From contig JAAZXW010000019.1 in assembly GCA_014239955.1 (NCBI GenBank), positions 53,298-117,297 of the forward strand: a DNA stretch of 64,000 nt. The letters are read 5' to 3'. The DNA comes from Methanobacteriota archaeon. Its GTDB lineage: Archaea; Thermoplasmatota; Poseidoniia; Poseidoniales; Thalassarchaeaceae. Shown in pieces: positions 51,377 to 61,559 of this stretch. The position numbers and the translations under genes are program-made. The notes beneath the pieces are model-generated. The model made no database searches. It saw only the letters and a program-made list of their open reading frames with translations, and was not told the DNA's origin. Position 1 is the stretch's first letter; each line of letters starts with the position of its first letter.

Positions 51377-51763
51377 TCAGCCGAATGACTGCCCACATCC
51401 ACAGGATCGATCTGCATTGGGGTTCCCTATTTGGAATCCACCCCCCATTAGAGTTTCCTTGAAATCAATATTTATCCCATTCAACATTGAGCTATCCTTG
51501 TTGTGTACTAAGACATCAAAATCGCCTATATCGATTCGCTGAAATCCATCATCGCCAGGATCCTCAATGATTTTCATATCATAAAGATAGCCTGAGCAGC
51601 CACCCGATTGAGCACTAATAACCAATACATGAGATTCTCCGTCTCCGGACATGTTTTGTCGAAGTGCTCCTATTGCTGCTTCGGTAAAGTTGAGTTTGAC
51701 GTTTACTACTTCAGTTTCGGTGACTACGGGGAGGGAAAAACCTTCACCACCTAGTATGCCCAT
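51377..51763 (-). CDS. A-type Fe-S carrier (HesB/IscA/ErpA)
   Basis: GGCSGYLY, GGGF-I-NPN, SCGCGQSF. Confidence 0.93.
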   Translation of the reverse strand: MGILGGEGFSLPVVTETEVVNVKLNFTEAAIGALRQNMSGDGESHVLVISAQSGGCSGYLYDMKIIEDPGDDGFQRIDIGDFDVLVHNKDSSMLNGINIDFKETLMGGGFQIGNPNADRSCGCGQSFG

Positions 51764-51846
51764 GAATTGCTGTTGAAATGGTTCTATTTCAACGGTTCCT
51801 ATAATCACTCGTCACACATATCAATCATACCCCATCTCCAGAGGTC

Positions 51847-52650
51847 ATGGAGGGACTTGAATCGCGAGAAATTGCTAAGTTGACCTACGAAGGCATAGCA
51901 AGGGGAACTGACTGTGTTGCATGTGAAAGACCTCTATCAATAATTATCGAAAATCAATTACACGGTAGACACGAACTTGGAATTACAATGAGGACAGGGG
52001 GTCATGACAGGCTACTAGTTCTAGGTTTCATTTACTCTGAAGGAATTATTTCTTCTATAGATGATGTTTCTAAAATTGAAATTGACAATGATCACGCAAT
52101 AATCGAATTATACAAAAACGCAAATTTTGACCCAAAGAAGCATTGTAGGAACAGTACAGTGACATCGTCATGTGGGATTTGCGGGAGGTCAAGTTTTGAA
52201 GATGGCATTTTGGAAGGGGCTAATGAATTGGATGAACGAATGATGATTAGTTTAGATGCCATAGTAAATTGTATAGAGTCGGTTACTCGAAAGCAGTTAA
52301 TATTCTCACAAACAGGAGGATCCCATGCGTGTGCTAGTTTCACCGGTAATGGAGCCATTGAGAGGGTGTTCGAGGATGTCGGAAGGCACAATGCATTTGA
52401 CAAATTGGTGGGGTCGTATATTGATGAGGGACGTATTCCGAATGTTGGATTGGGGGCATTTGTCTCTGGCAGGGCCTCATATGAGCTCGTTCAGAAATCT
52501 ATTCGTGCAGGATTTCAAATAATGATTGCAATCGGTGCCCCCAGTAGCCTTGCCGTTGACTTGGCCAAAGAACATGGGATGACATTAGGTTGTTTTGCGA
52601 AGGGTGATTCTATTACATTATTTAGTGGAGTTAGGAGAATCCTGCAATAG
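51847..52650 (+). CDS. fdhD: Formate dehydrogenase accessory sulfurtransferase
   Basis: TMRT, SSCGICG, TGGSH, EDVGRHNAFDK, SGRASYELVQK. Confidence 0.93.
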   Translation: MEGLESREIAKLTYEGIARGTDCVACERPLSIIIENQLHGRHELGITMRTGGHDRLLVLGFIYSEGIISSIDDVSKIEIDNDHAIIELYKNANFDPKKHCRNSTVTSSCGICGRSSFEDGILEGANELDERMMISLDAIVNCIESVTRKQLIFSQTGGSHACASFTGNGAIERVFEDVGRHNAFDKLVGSYIDEGRIPNVGLGAFVSGRASYELVQKSIRAGFQIMIAIGAPSSLAVDLAKEHGMTLGCFAKGDSITLFSGVRRILQ

Positions 52651-53592
52651 TTTGGATGAGTGAGGATTTCTATATCTCCTTTCCTTCATGTCATTATGAT
52701 ATTTCATCCCCAAATTGGCACCATTGCTAGCAACCCATTCGGAAAACTTGATTGAACCTAGTGGTTTTTCGTCAGTAGTCATAAGGCCTCGCATCAAGCC
52801 TTTAATCTCGGCCTTGGTTATGACTATGTCTTGAAGGAAGATGCCCACAATCTTTCCTACGAGCAAACCAATAAATGGTGGGACAGGAATTATCATTCTA
52901 CGAACCCCTAATGACTTAGCTAGTAATCTAACATAGTCCCTGTACAAGAAAGTCTCAGGCCCTGCAACATCCAATACAATATCCCCAGTAGATTCGCCCT
53001 GGTTAACTGCAACCCTTGCTATATCTGCAATATGGATAGGTTGGATAGGGTAATTCCCCATTCCGAAAACGCCGAAAATTGGAAACTTACGTATCAGCCA
53101 TGCCATGTTGTTAATCAGTACGTCTCTTTCACCACCAAAGAAAACAGTGGGCCTCAGTATTGCATACGATAGTGTTGAGTCTGTTAGAATTCCCTCAACC
53201 TCAACCTTTCCTCTGAAATATGACCAATCAGGTGCCCTATGAGGATGGGCCACGGAAAAATGTACGACCCGTTTGACACCGGCTTCCTCGGCAGCGAGAA
53301 ATAATTTACGAGTGTTCTCAACCGCTAAATCATGTGCATAGCCACCTTTCCGGTTCTTGTAACGTACCCAGTATGTGTTGTATAGAACCTCTGCACCCTT
53401 CAAGGACGATACAAGAGAGTCATGATCAGAGAAATCAATTGGCAAGACTTCGACTCTTCCCATAAACGGGTCTTCCCTACCAATAGCATTGGTGAGTGTC
53501 CTGACCTTTTTACCTCTAGATACTAGCTCCTTCGCAATCCATCTTCCTGAATACCCAAACGCACCGGTCACTACGTGAAACCCTTCTTTCAC
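52618..53592 (-). CDS. NAD(P)-binding atypical SDR (NDUFA9-like)
   Basis: VTGAFGYSG, YFRGK, ILRPT, QPIHIAD, GPE. Confidence 0.85.
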   Translation of the reverse strand: MKEGFHVVTGAFGYSGRWIAKELVSRGKKVRTLTNAIGREDPFMGRVEVLPIDFSDHDSLVSSLKGAEVLYNTYWVRYKNRKGGYAHDLAVENTRKLFLAAEEAGVKRVVHFSVAHPHRAPDWSYFRGKVEVEGILTDSTLSYAILRPTVFFGGERDVLINNMAWLIRKFPIFGVFGMGNYPIQPIHIADIARVAVNQGESTGDIVLDVAGPETFLYRDYVRLLAKSLGVRRMIIPVPPFIGLLVGKIVGIFLQDIVITKAEIKGLMRGLMTTDEKPLGSIKFSEWVASNGANLGMKYHNDMKERRYRNPHSSKLLQDSPNSTK

Positions 53593-53665
53593 GCCCTCTG
53601 AGACTAGGGGAAAGACATTATCTTACCCTCAGTACTTTGAAATGTGCGACGCATAAATTTGGTTT

Positions 53666-55954
53666 GTGCGAGTAACTCCGGAAGCAACCACTCCTCTTGA
53701 GGAGAATCAACCGATAAAAGGCGCGCCGAGTAAGTCGGCTGCGGGTTTGCCCGCGATAATTTCGACCGTCAAACACGGAGTCTCCAAAATGGGTATTTTT
53801 GCAAGCCTTTCCAATTTTTCTAGAGTCAATAAATTCTATGGATTTGACTGCCCTGGCTGTGCATGGCCAGATCCAGACTCAAAAAGGACATTCGCCGAGT
53901 TCTGCGAGAATGGTGCGAAAGCCATTGCAGATGAGGCTACTAAGAAAAGAGCGGACCCTACTTTTTGGTCCAAATGGAGTGTGTCCGAATTGTCCAAGAA
54001 GCCTGATCATTGGCTTAACAGTCAAGGACGTTTGACGCACCCACTTGTACTGAAGGAGGATTCTGAATACTACGAGCAACTGTCATGGGATGAGGCGTTC
54101 AACACAATCGCTATCGAGTTATCAAAGCTAAATTCCCCAAATGAGGCTATTTTCTACACATCTGGGAGGACTAGCAATGAAGCGGCATTCCTATGGCAAT
54201 TACTTGCAAGGAGTTTTGGAACAAACAATTTGCCTGATTGCTCAAACATGTGTCATGAATCATCTGGTGTTGCATTATCACAGAGTATTGGGATTGGCAA
54301 GGGTACGGTAAAACTTGAGGATTTTGATAAGGCTGATCTAATCATTGTCGTTGGACAAAATCCTGGAACGAATCACCCTCGTATGCTTACAGCTCTGAGG
54401 GATGCAAAACGTTCCGGAGCATCGGTCATTAGCATAAATCCACTAAAGGAAACAGGAATGGTTAGATTCAAACACCCTCAAAATCCACTAGAGGTCTTAG
54501 GCCGTGGAACATCAATATCAGACGAGCATATTAGAGTCCGAGTTAACGGGGATCAGGCGCTATTCAGGGGTTTTTCTAAGACGATAATTTCCAATAATTA
54601 TGAAGACGAAGATTTCATTGGAAGGCATACTTACGGTTATGAAAAATATCGCACTGAGGTATTGGGAAGTTCATTGTCAGAGATATCGGAGATTAGTGGG
54701 GTTGAGAAATCAGAAATTATACGGATTGGGGAGCTGATTGGCAAGTCTAGATCAACTATCTGTTGCTGGGCCATGGGCCTAACCCAGCACAAGAACTCCG
54801 TTGCTACAATACAAGAGATTACGAATATGCTTCTGCTTGGGGGCCATATGGGCAGGGATGGAGCTGGAGTTTGCCCAGTTAGAGGCCACTCAAACGTCCA
54901 AGGAGACAGGACCGTTGGGATTAACCATAATCCATCGATGGAATTTCTGGAATCACTAAATCTTGAGTTTGGAATTGAACCTGTAAGTAAGAAGGGTTTG
55001 GATGCAGTTGAATCAGTGAGAGAGATGAGAGAGGGGGGGGCTCAAGTATTTGTTTCGATGGGGGGCAACTTCCTTTCGGCAATGTCAGACACAAATTCTA
55101 CAGCGGAGGCTTTGCAGAATTGTAGCTTGACAGTACAAATCTCTACAAAGCCAAATAGATCCCACCTAATTTCAGGTAAGATGGGGATCATCCTTCCTTG
55201 TCTGGGCAGAACGGAAAGAGACGAAACCGCGGGCCATTCGCAGTTTGTCACAGTGGAGAACTCGATGGGCGTGGTTCACAGATCCACAGGGAATAGGAAA
55301 CCAGCCAGCCCTCACCTATTATCGGAATGCAACATTGTAGCTGGGTTGGCAATGGCAATCGAGGAACAAAGAGGTTCAACGGGCATCCCTTGGAATAGTC
55401 TAATTGGAGATTATGATAATATTCGAGATAGTATCGAGAGGACAATTCCGGGATTCGAGTCATTCAATATTAGGTGTAGAAATGATGGAGGATTCTACTT
55501 GCCAAATCCTCCACGTGACGATCGAGAATTCAATACCGAATCTGGGTTGGCCAATTTCATTACCCACAAATTACAACCAATTTTCGTAGATGAAGACAAG
55601 TTTCTAATGATGACAATTAGGTCTCATGATCAGTACAATACGACAATATACAGCACCAATGATAGATACAGAGGGATTTCAGGCAATAGGAGGGTCGTCC
55701 TAATGAGTCGGATAGATATCGACTCTCGTGGATGGGAAGAATTTCAGAATGTCACTATTACCTCGCATTTTCAGGGAAGGGAGATTTCCTCTCGTGCTTG
55801 GTCTGTCGTTGAATATGATATCCCCCCCGGAAACGTTGCTACATATTTTCCGGAATCCAACGTCCTCATACCACTTGATAGCGTTGCAGATATCAGTAAT
55901 ACTCCGACTAGCAAGTCTGTTGTCGTCTCAATAATCCCTACATTAGTTTCGTGA
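53666..55954 (+). CDS. YdeP/FdhF-family molybdopterin oxidoreductase
   Basis: GFDCPGCAWPD, EFCENGAKA, YTSGRTSNE, PDCSNMCHE, RGHSNVQG, RSHDQYNTT, TPTSK. Confidence 0.93.
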   Translation: MRVTPEATTPLEENQPIKGAPSKSAAGLPAIISTVKHGVSKMGIFASLSNFSRVNKFYGFDCPGCAWPDPDSKRTFAEFCENGAKAIADEATKKRADPTFWSKWSVSELSKKPDHWLNSQGRLTHPLVLKEDSEYYEQLSWDEAFNTIAIELSKLNSPNEAIFYTSGRTSNEAAFLWQLLARSFGTNNLPDCSNMCHESSGVALSQSIGIGKGTVKLEDFDKADLIIVVGQNPGTNHPRMLTALRDAKRSGASVISINPLKETGMVRFKHPQNPLEVLGRGTSISDEHIRVRVNGDQALFRGFSKTIISNNYEDEDFIGRHTYGYEKYRTEVLGSSLSEISEISGVEKSEIIRIGELIGKSRSTICCWAMGLTQHKNSVATIQEITNMLLLGGHMGRDGAGVCPVRGHSNVQGDRTVGINHNPSMEFLESLNLEFGIEPVSKKGLDAVESVREMREGGAQVFVSMGGNFLSAMSDTNSTAEALQNCSLTVQISTKPNRSHLISGKMGIILPCLGRTERDETAGHSQFVTVENSMGVVHRSTGNRKPASPHLLSECNIVAGLAMAIEEQRGSTGIPWNSLIGDYDNIRDSIERTIPGFESFNIRCRNDGGFYLPNPPRDDREFNTESGLANFITHKLQPIFVDEDKFLMMTIRSHDQYNTTIYSTNDRYRGISGNRRVVLMSRIDIDSRGWEEFQNVTITSHFQGREISSRAWSVVEYDIPPGNVATYFPESNVLIPLDSVADISNTPTSKSVVVSIIPTLVS

Positions 55955-57115
55955 CTGTCGTTTTGCTTGCTCACGTGAAAGGAGTCGACATCGACTAATC
56001 TGCTTCGCGCATAACTCGGAGTCCTGCTTGTCCAAGCCCCTCTCCAGAGCCTGAGTGAAACACTTGATGGCGTCATCGAACATTTCCACTGCGGCATACG
56101 AAGAACCCATGTTGAATAGAGTCCGTCCGGAAACGCTGTTTGGATCCATTCCTAACGCCGTATGGTATGCTACAATGCTTTCAGGGTATCTAGCAGAGTT
56201 ATACAAGGCGTTTCCTCGGCCATTTTGGGCCTTCACCTTCAACTCTATCTCCGTCTGGGGGCATCCGCCAATGGCCTTCTCAAAACTGGAAATTGCTTCG
56301 TCGTTTTTACCTTCACTCAGAAGGTTGATTCCCATGTTGTACCACCCGACTGCTTCGTCCAAATCCCCTCGCTCGGGTTCTACTTGGGCATTGGACCGAA
56401 CCTCCTCGACTGCAAGGATAAGCGCTTCAGTTGAGTCTCCATCAACACCATCAGCGGCGATTGCATCCACTGGAGGCTCGGATTCGATGGTCGCAGCCCT
56501 CTTCAGGCATTGATTAGCCCGATCATCGTATCCAGCGGCGCGTAAAGCCTCACCAAGCCCCCTCCACACCTCTGGCGAATTGGGAGAGTCCTCGAGGAGT
56601 GCTTTCCAGATAGACACGGCGCGAGAATGATCTCCGGTTGATGTAAAAGAACGGGCTTCATCGAATCTATCTATATTTTCTTCAAGAGCCAAATCCTGAT
56701 TTATTGTGAGTGAATCGTCTTCAATCGTTCTAGCCTCAACGAATATTTTCTTTGGTTCTTTGGTGGATTCGGAATATTCTGCTATTGAGGCCAATTTTTC
56801 ATTGTCCGATATTGAGGCCAATGCGGATATTGCATATTCAGAAGCATCCATTGGATTCTGATCGGCTAACAAGTAAGCCAGATTTGCTAGTGTTGGTGGA
56901 TGGTTAGGAAATATTTTGTCCGATTGCTCAAATGCCCCAACTGCTTCTTCCATTAATCCGGCCCTGGAATATAGAACACCAAGACAATACCAAGCAGTTG
57001 CATGATCGGAGTCGATACTTACCGCATATAGGTATGACTCGATTGCCTCAGAGTCATTTCCTGACTTGGAAAGGGCAGCCGCCTCCATGAGAGTCTCTGC
57101 TAGGCTAGTTCCCAT
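55943..57115 (-). CDS. Tetratricopeptide-repeat protein
   Basis: Repeated AWYxLG / WYNMG / LFNMG TPR units. Confidence 0.9.
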   Translation of the reverse strand: MGTSLAETLMEAAALSKSGNDSEAIESYLYAVSIDSDHATAWYCLGVLYSRAGLMEEAVGAFEQSDKIFPNHPPTLANLAYLLADQNPMDASEYAISALASISDNEKLASIAEYSESTKEPKKIFVEARTIEDDSLTINQDLALEENIDRFDEARSFTSTGDHSRAVSIWKALLEDSPNSPEVWRGLGEALRAAGYDDRANQCLKRAATIESEPPVDAIAADGVDGDSTEALILAVEEVRSNAQVEPERGDLDEAVGWYNMGINLLSEGKNDEAISSFEKAIGGCPQTEIELKVKAQNGRGNALYNSARYPESIVAYHTALGMDPNSVSGRTLFNMGSSYAAVEMFDDAIKCFTQALERGLDKQDSELCAKQISRCRLLSREQAKRQSRN

Positions 57116-57182
57116 ATTCACTACGGAGAAAATCTGATGAATAAGTATTCGCAACCCCTGAAGAGGGACAATTGAAGACTAG

Positions 57183-57746
57183 GTGTCTCCTGAGAGTATC
57201 GTGAGTGAGCCAATTGTTGTTATGGGAATTTGCGGGTCCTACGATCTGGACTCGGCGAATGGTAGAATGCTAGAGATAGTCCTCGATAAGTGTAAAGAGC
57301 TAGGTGCTGAAACAGTAATCTGGGATCATGGTGCTCGCCCCTTGCCCCTTGTTGGTGCTGAAGGTTGCTGGGATGACCCCAATGTGAAAGATTTCCAGGA
57401 GATGGCTATTTCGGCTGATGCATTTGTTCTTTCAAGTCCAGAATATCACGGAACCATGAGTGGAGTTATGAAAAATAGCCTCGACTGGTTATACTCAAAA
57501 CACACTTCCGGGAAGGTCTTCGGCCTAATATGTACACTTGGAGGTCAGACTAGCAACAATACGCTCAATCATATGAGGATAGCAGCAAGGTGGATTCATG
57601 GGTGGGTTACTCCAGAGCAGATAGCTGTTCCAAACATAAAAGAAGCATTCAATGAAGATGGGTCTCTCGTTAGTGATGACATCAATAGCAGGGTTATCGG
57701 GCTAGCAGCATCAATTGTTGAAAACACAGGCAAATTGAGGAAATAG
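57183..57746 (+). CDS. NADPH-dependent FMN reductase
   Basis: ICGS, SPEYHGTMSGVMKNSLDW. Confidence 0.9.
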   Translation: MSPESIVSEPIVVMGICGSYDLDSANGRMLEIVLDKCKELGAETVIWDHGARPLPLVGAEGCWDDPNVKDFQEMAISADAFVLSSPEYHGTMSGVMKNSLDWLYSKHTSGKVFGLICTLGGQTSNNTLNHMRIAARWIHGWVTPEQIAVPNIKEAFNEDGSLVSDDINSRVIGLAASIVENTGKLRK

Positions 57747-57748
57747 AA

Positions 57749-57919
57749 ATGACTGCTGAGACATTGTCAGCACAAGCATTGTTTTCATTGACGGTGATGT
57801 CCCTGTGTGGTGTTTCCGCATGGTGGGCGAATAATATCCTAAACGATATTGCCAAAGTACGGATTTTCGTTGTAATAGGTATAACATCTGCTATTTACAT
57901 GGTTCTGTCATTGTGGTGA
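57749..57919 (+). CDS. 56-aa two-TM micro-protein (not in ORF track)
   Basis: MTAETLSAQALFSLTVMSLCGVSAWWANNILNDIAKVRIFVVIGITSAIYMVLSLW*; fills the gap with 2-nt spacing on both sides. Confidence 0.6.
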   Translation: MTAETLSAQALFSLTVMSLCGVSAWWANNILNDIAKVRIFVVIGITSAIYMVLSLW

Positions 57920-57921
57920 TT

Positions 57922-58269
57922 ATGGCTGGCGATATATATCCAGCTAGAGTGGGGATTGAATGGATTGTGACAGATTCAGAAAATGTTGTTATTATTGTGA
58001 AGAAGGACTTGAGTGGTTTTGAGAAGAAAGTTGCAAATTTACTTAGCGCGCCTACGATAGTTCGAAGGCCACTAGATGAAATGAATAGCAAACTCTGGAT
58101 ATTGATGGACGGAACTAGGACTTTGGACCGGATCATATTGGAAATGGATATCTTCTTCGAGGAAAAAATTGCACCCGCATCGGAGAGAGTTAGTCGTTCT
58201 ATTGCGGAATTTGTTGAACTGGGTTTTGTCACATTAAACCGGGAAAGATTTGAGGATGAGAGTGAATAG
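57922..58269 (+). CDS. PqqD-family (RRE-like) protein
   Basis: LDEMNSKLWILMDGTRTLDRII...F...ERV..F...GFV pattern. Confidence 0.75.
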   Translation: MAGDIYPARVGIEWIVTDSENVVIIVKKDLSGFEKKVANLLSAPTIVRRPLDEMNSKLWILMDGTRTLDRIILEMDIFFEEKIAPASERVSRSIAEFVELGFVTLNRERFEDESE

Positions 58270-58281
58270 ATCAGAAATATC

Positions 58282-59052
58282 TTACTCTTCTTCGATAGTA
58301 GCTCGTAGCCCCTCGTTCTTATTCTCCCTATATCTCGCCGAAAAGAAGATCAAGAGTGGTATTACTAGTACCAAGAAGAAGCAACCAACTAATGCAGAGA
58401 AGCTGTAGACTGTCTCTTGGACGGGGTTGAGTTTGAATTTCTCCAAGTTCACTAGTTCATGAGAAGAATACTCGGATTCTATTAGCATCCCAGCACTGGA
58501 AACGATTTCTCCATCGTCCTCAACCTTGATTTTCCACGTTATTGTCTTTTTTGCCGAATTTATCAATTCACTGGCTTCATTTTGGGCATTTTCATGGTTC
58601 TCACTTTCCAGATATCCCTTGCCCTTGATTGGAAGTTCTAGGGACACCCTTCCACGAAGTGTGCCACTACCATTTTCGAGTTCGATTGAATGTATTCTAC
58701 TATATTCGCATGTTTCCAGGTACTTCGAGTAATCTGAGTCTGGCTCATTGCATATGTAACTCTGATTCTGTAGTCCAAGGCTCGGTGAATGGGACCAATT
58801 GGACCCTTCGGCTTCAATCGTTAGAGTCGCCCCGGGAGGAGCGCCATCGACAGAAAAATTGACCCATGTTATCGCGGAATTTGTCGTATAGTACCATTGG
58901 GCATAGCCCTCAGATTCAGATGTAATTTCCATGATTTGGTGCTCGTTAGTCGTAGTATATGCATAGTACTCTGAGTCAACGGTATTGGAATAAACGGCGT
59001 ACGAGAGGAGAATAATCAAAGTTAACCCGGTACCCACCATGGTGCGAAGCAT
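58282..59052 (-). CDS. Hypothetical membrane-anchored protein
   Basis: N- and C-terminal TM helices flanking an extracellular domain. Confidence 0.65.
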   Translation of the reverse strand: MLRTMVGTGLTLIILLSYAVYSNTVDSEYYAYTTTNEHQIMEITSESEGYAQWYYTTNSAITWVNFSVDGAPPGATLTIEAEGSNWSHSPSLGLQNQSYICNEPDSDYSKYLETCEYSRIHSIELENGSGTLRGRVSLELPIKGKGYLESENHENAQNEASELINSAKKTITWKIKVEDDGEIVSSAGMLIESEYSSHELVNLEKFKLNPVQETVYSFSALVGCFFLVLVIPLLIFFSARYRENKNEGLRATIEEE

Positions 59053-59207
59053 GTTGGGATTCTTTGAGAGTGATCTATTCACGTATTTTCGAGTACCGAG
59101 TAATTTTTGAATGCTTGTTGTGGCAGATTAGTGTGACATGCTGTAGAAAAAACGTTTCATTACGGTTAAATACGGTCTGTTGGACGGGCGGCACGCACGG
59201 TGAACCT

Positions 59208-59678
59208 ATGACGACATACTACGACGTACCGGCGGGCCTACTTATTTCGGGTCTAACCGAGAAAATGCAGTCTTATGACAAGATTTCCGCACCAGAGTGG
59301 GCATCGCAGGTCAAAACCGGAACTCACAGGGAAAGACCCCCCGTCCAGGATGACTGGTGGCATACAAGAGCAGCTTCTATTCTTAGGAAAGTAGCAATTA
59401 AGGGACCGATTGGTGCAAATCGAATTTCACAGGAGTTTGGTGGGGCCAAAGATCGTGGAGTGAAAAAGAACAAGGCAGTTGCAGGTTCGAGAAATGTTGC
59501 TCGCAAAATTTTGCAACAACTAGCCGAATCTGGACTAATCGAAAATTCTATGAATACTGCAGGAACAGTGAACAGTGGAAGGATAATCAGTTCTAAAGGA
59601 CACGCGCTTCTGGACCAGGTTGCACATTCAGTTCGAGGAGAAGCAGAGGAGAAGTATCCGGGTTTGGAAAGGTACTGA
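59208..59678 (+). CDS. rps19e: 30S ribosomal protein S19e
   Basis: [43 protein letters not shown]. Confidence 0.96.
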   Translation: MTTYYDVPAGLLISGLTEKMQSYDKISAPEWASQVKTGTHRERPPVQDDWWHTRAASILRKVAIKGPIGANRISQEFGGAKDRGVKKNKAVAGSRNVARKILQQLAESGLIENSMNTAGTVNSGRIISSKGHALLDQVAHSVRGEAEEKYPGLERY

Positions 59679-59686
59679 GGGAGAAT

Positions 59687-59842
59687 ATGGCTCGAAACAA
59701 ACCCTTCGCCAAGAAGAAGCGCCTGAACAAGGTGACTAAACAGAACAAGAGAGTCCCTGTTTGGGTTGTAATGAGGACAAACAGGAATACTAATACTCAC
59801 CCTAAGCGCCATATGTGGCGTCGTTCAAAGCTACAGAGGTGA
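59687..59842 (+). CDS. rpl39e: 50S ribosomal protein L39e (not in ORF track)
   Basis: [51 protein letters not shown]. Confidence 0.95.
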   Translation: MARNKPFAKKKRLNKVTKQNKRVPVWVVMRTNRNTNTHPKRHMWRRSKLQR

Positions 59843-59846
59843 ATAT

Positions 59847-60110
59847 ATGGCTGAGGTAAAAGAGATTACAATTCCACTAAGGGCTGCATGGAAAGTTCCT
59901 CGAACAAACAGGGCCAAGAGAGCTATGGCGGAAGTAAAAATTCATGTTTCTAGACACATGAAGAAGACCGAAGAAGAGGAAATCTGGATTGATGAGTCTG
60001 TAAACCACGCCATTTGGGCTAGAGGCATGCAGAATCCTCCTCGCAAGATCAGGGTCGTCTGCACTCGCGAAGAGGGTTTTCCTCTGGAAGTCAAACTACT
60101 GGAGGATTAA
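59847..60110 (+). CDS. rpl31e: 50S ribosomal protein L31e
   Basis: [28 protein letters not shown]. Confidence 0.95.
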   Translation: MAEVKEITIPLRAAWKVPRTNRAKRAMAEVKIHVSRHMKKTEEEEIWIDESVNHAIWARGMQNPPRKIRVVCTREEGFPLEVKLLED

Positions 60111-60112
60111 AT

Positions 60113-60304
60113 ATGGGCAACATTAGGCCATCATTCATCAAAACAAGAGCACTGAGATTAGTGGAGATGTATCCAGACCAGTTCACAGATGACTTTGATA
60201 CCAACAAGCATCTTGTCTCTGAGTTCTCAGATGTTGACAACAAAAGAATGCGTAATTGGATAGCTGGTTACATAACCCGGTATAGGCAGCGCAGAGTGGA
60301 TTAG
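60113..60304 (+). CDS. rps17e: 30S ribosomal protein S17e
   Basis: [27 protein letters not shown]. Confidence 0.95.
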   Translation: MGNIRPSFIKTRALRLVEMYPDQFTDDFDTNKHLVSEFSDVDNKRMRNWIAGYITRYRQRRVD

Positions 60305-60340
60305 CGCACCACTCATCACCTAGTATGGAGTCGCTAGACT

Positions 60341-61108
60341 ATGGGTGAAAGGCGAGGAGGCTCTCTGCCAATATTCAATGAAAAAGTCAGTATTGTATTA
60401 GTTGACCCTGAGCATGATGGCAATATCGGTGCTGTTGCTCGGTCTATGATGAATTTTGGTATCACTGACCTAAGGGTAGTTGGTAGGAAAGGGGAATGGT
60501 CAGAGGAGGCGAGGAGACGTGCAAAGAATGCACAGGCAGTTCTTGATCGGGCCACACTTGTAGATTCTCTGATGGAAGCATGTGCAGATTGCTCCTTAGT
60601 GATAGGTACATCAGGAAAGAGGGAAGAAGGAGAAAAAACCGCCATGAGGCATTTCCTTCTACCGGATGAGCTACCCGAGCGTCTCGAAGGAGTCGAAGGA
60701 AAGGTTGCAATTGTGTTTGGACCAGAGGGAAAAGGACTCCTGAATGAGCAATTACGAATGTGCGATCTACTATTGACAATTCCAACATGGGAGGGTTACC
60801 CGATACTGAATCTAAGCCATGCTGTAGCAATAATCTGCTTCTCATGGTTCATAAATTCCCACACTGGAGCACCTTCGGGAGCAGGGGGGAGAATGTTGGA
60901 GCCCGCACTGAGGGATAGGTTCCGAGATGAAGCAACTAGACTTTCCAAATCAATTCCTACGAAGGAGCATAAGAGAAGAGGAATCGAAGAGACGTTGATT
61001 CGAGTAATTATGAGGGGGCTCCCAAAGGATGATGAGATTCACAGATTAATCGGGATAATCTCTGAAGCCGCTGATTCTTTCGAGGATGCTGTTTTGGATG
61101 AGTCTTAA
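60341..61108 (+). CDS. trmJ: SPOUT tRNA/rRNA methyltransferase, TrmJ family
   Basis: P..GNIGAVARSMMNFG, VFGPEGKGL, YPILNLSHAV. Confidence 0.88.
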   Translation: MGERRGGSLPIFNEKVSIVLVDPEHDGNIGAVARSMMNFGITDLRVVGRKGEWSEEARRRAKNAQAVLDRATLVDSLMEACADCSLVIGTSGKREEGEKTAMRHFLLPDELPERLEGVEGKVAIVFGPEGKGLLNEQLRMCDLLLTIPTWEGYPILNLSHAVAIICFSWFINSHTGAPSGAGGRMLEPALRDRFRDEATRLSKSIPTKEHKRRGIEETLIRVIMRGLPKDDEIHRLIGIISEAADSFEDAVLDES

Positions 61109-61109
61109 T

Positions 61110-61559
61110 TTATCGGATCCATGTAGCCCATGATTTAGGGGTCTCTCGAACATGAAAAGAGTGTAGGCGCAAATTGTTTCCGTACGATGACGTGATATGT
61201 TTGTCAATTTGCTCAAAGGCCCACCTAGCCAGATTCTCGGCAGTTGGGATAAATGGTACAATGACTGTTCGATGACTATCCCCCATGGATGATAATGCTT
61301 CAATGGCATCATTATCACCCTCATATACAATGAATGAATGATCAACGACGTCGTGGATGTACTTGGTGAGAATTGCGGATACGTCAGAGAAGTCCATCAG
61401 CATTCCCTCTTCTGAAACTCCCCTTGTGGAAACTACATCGCCCTCTAACTCGGCTTCCCACCTATATCTATGACCATGGATGTGTCGACACTTACTCATG
61501 TGGTTCGGAACCCTGTGGCCGGTGTCGGTCTCTATCCATCTTCTAATTCTAGTTGTCAT
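61110..61559 (-). CDS. queD: 6-carboxy-5,6,7,8-tetrahydropterin synthase
   Basis: GHR, CRHIHGHRY, GMLMDF, DH, PTAENLA, ETPKSWA. Confidence 0.9.
   Translation of the reverse strand: MTTRIRRWIETDTGHRVPNHMSKCRHIHGHRYRWEAELEGDVVSTRGVSEEGMLMDFSDVSAILTKYIHDVVDHSFIVYEGDNDAIEALSSMGDSHRTVIVPFIPTAENLARWAFEQIDKHITSSYGNNLRLHSFHVRETPKSWATWIR

Noticed and set aside
55033-55040. G8 homopolymer in the YdeP-like gene as a phase-variation tract
   Set aside because: Frame is intact (encodes EGGA), the run is short, and similar G/C runs occur elsewhere.
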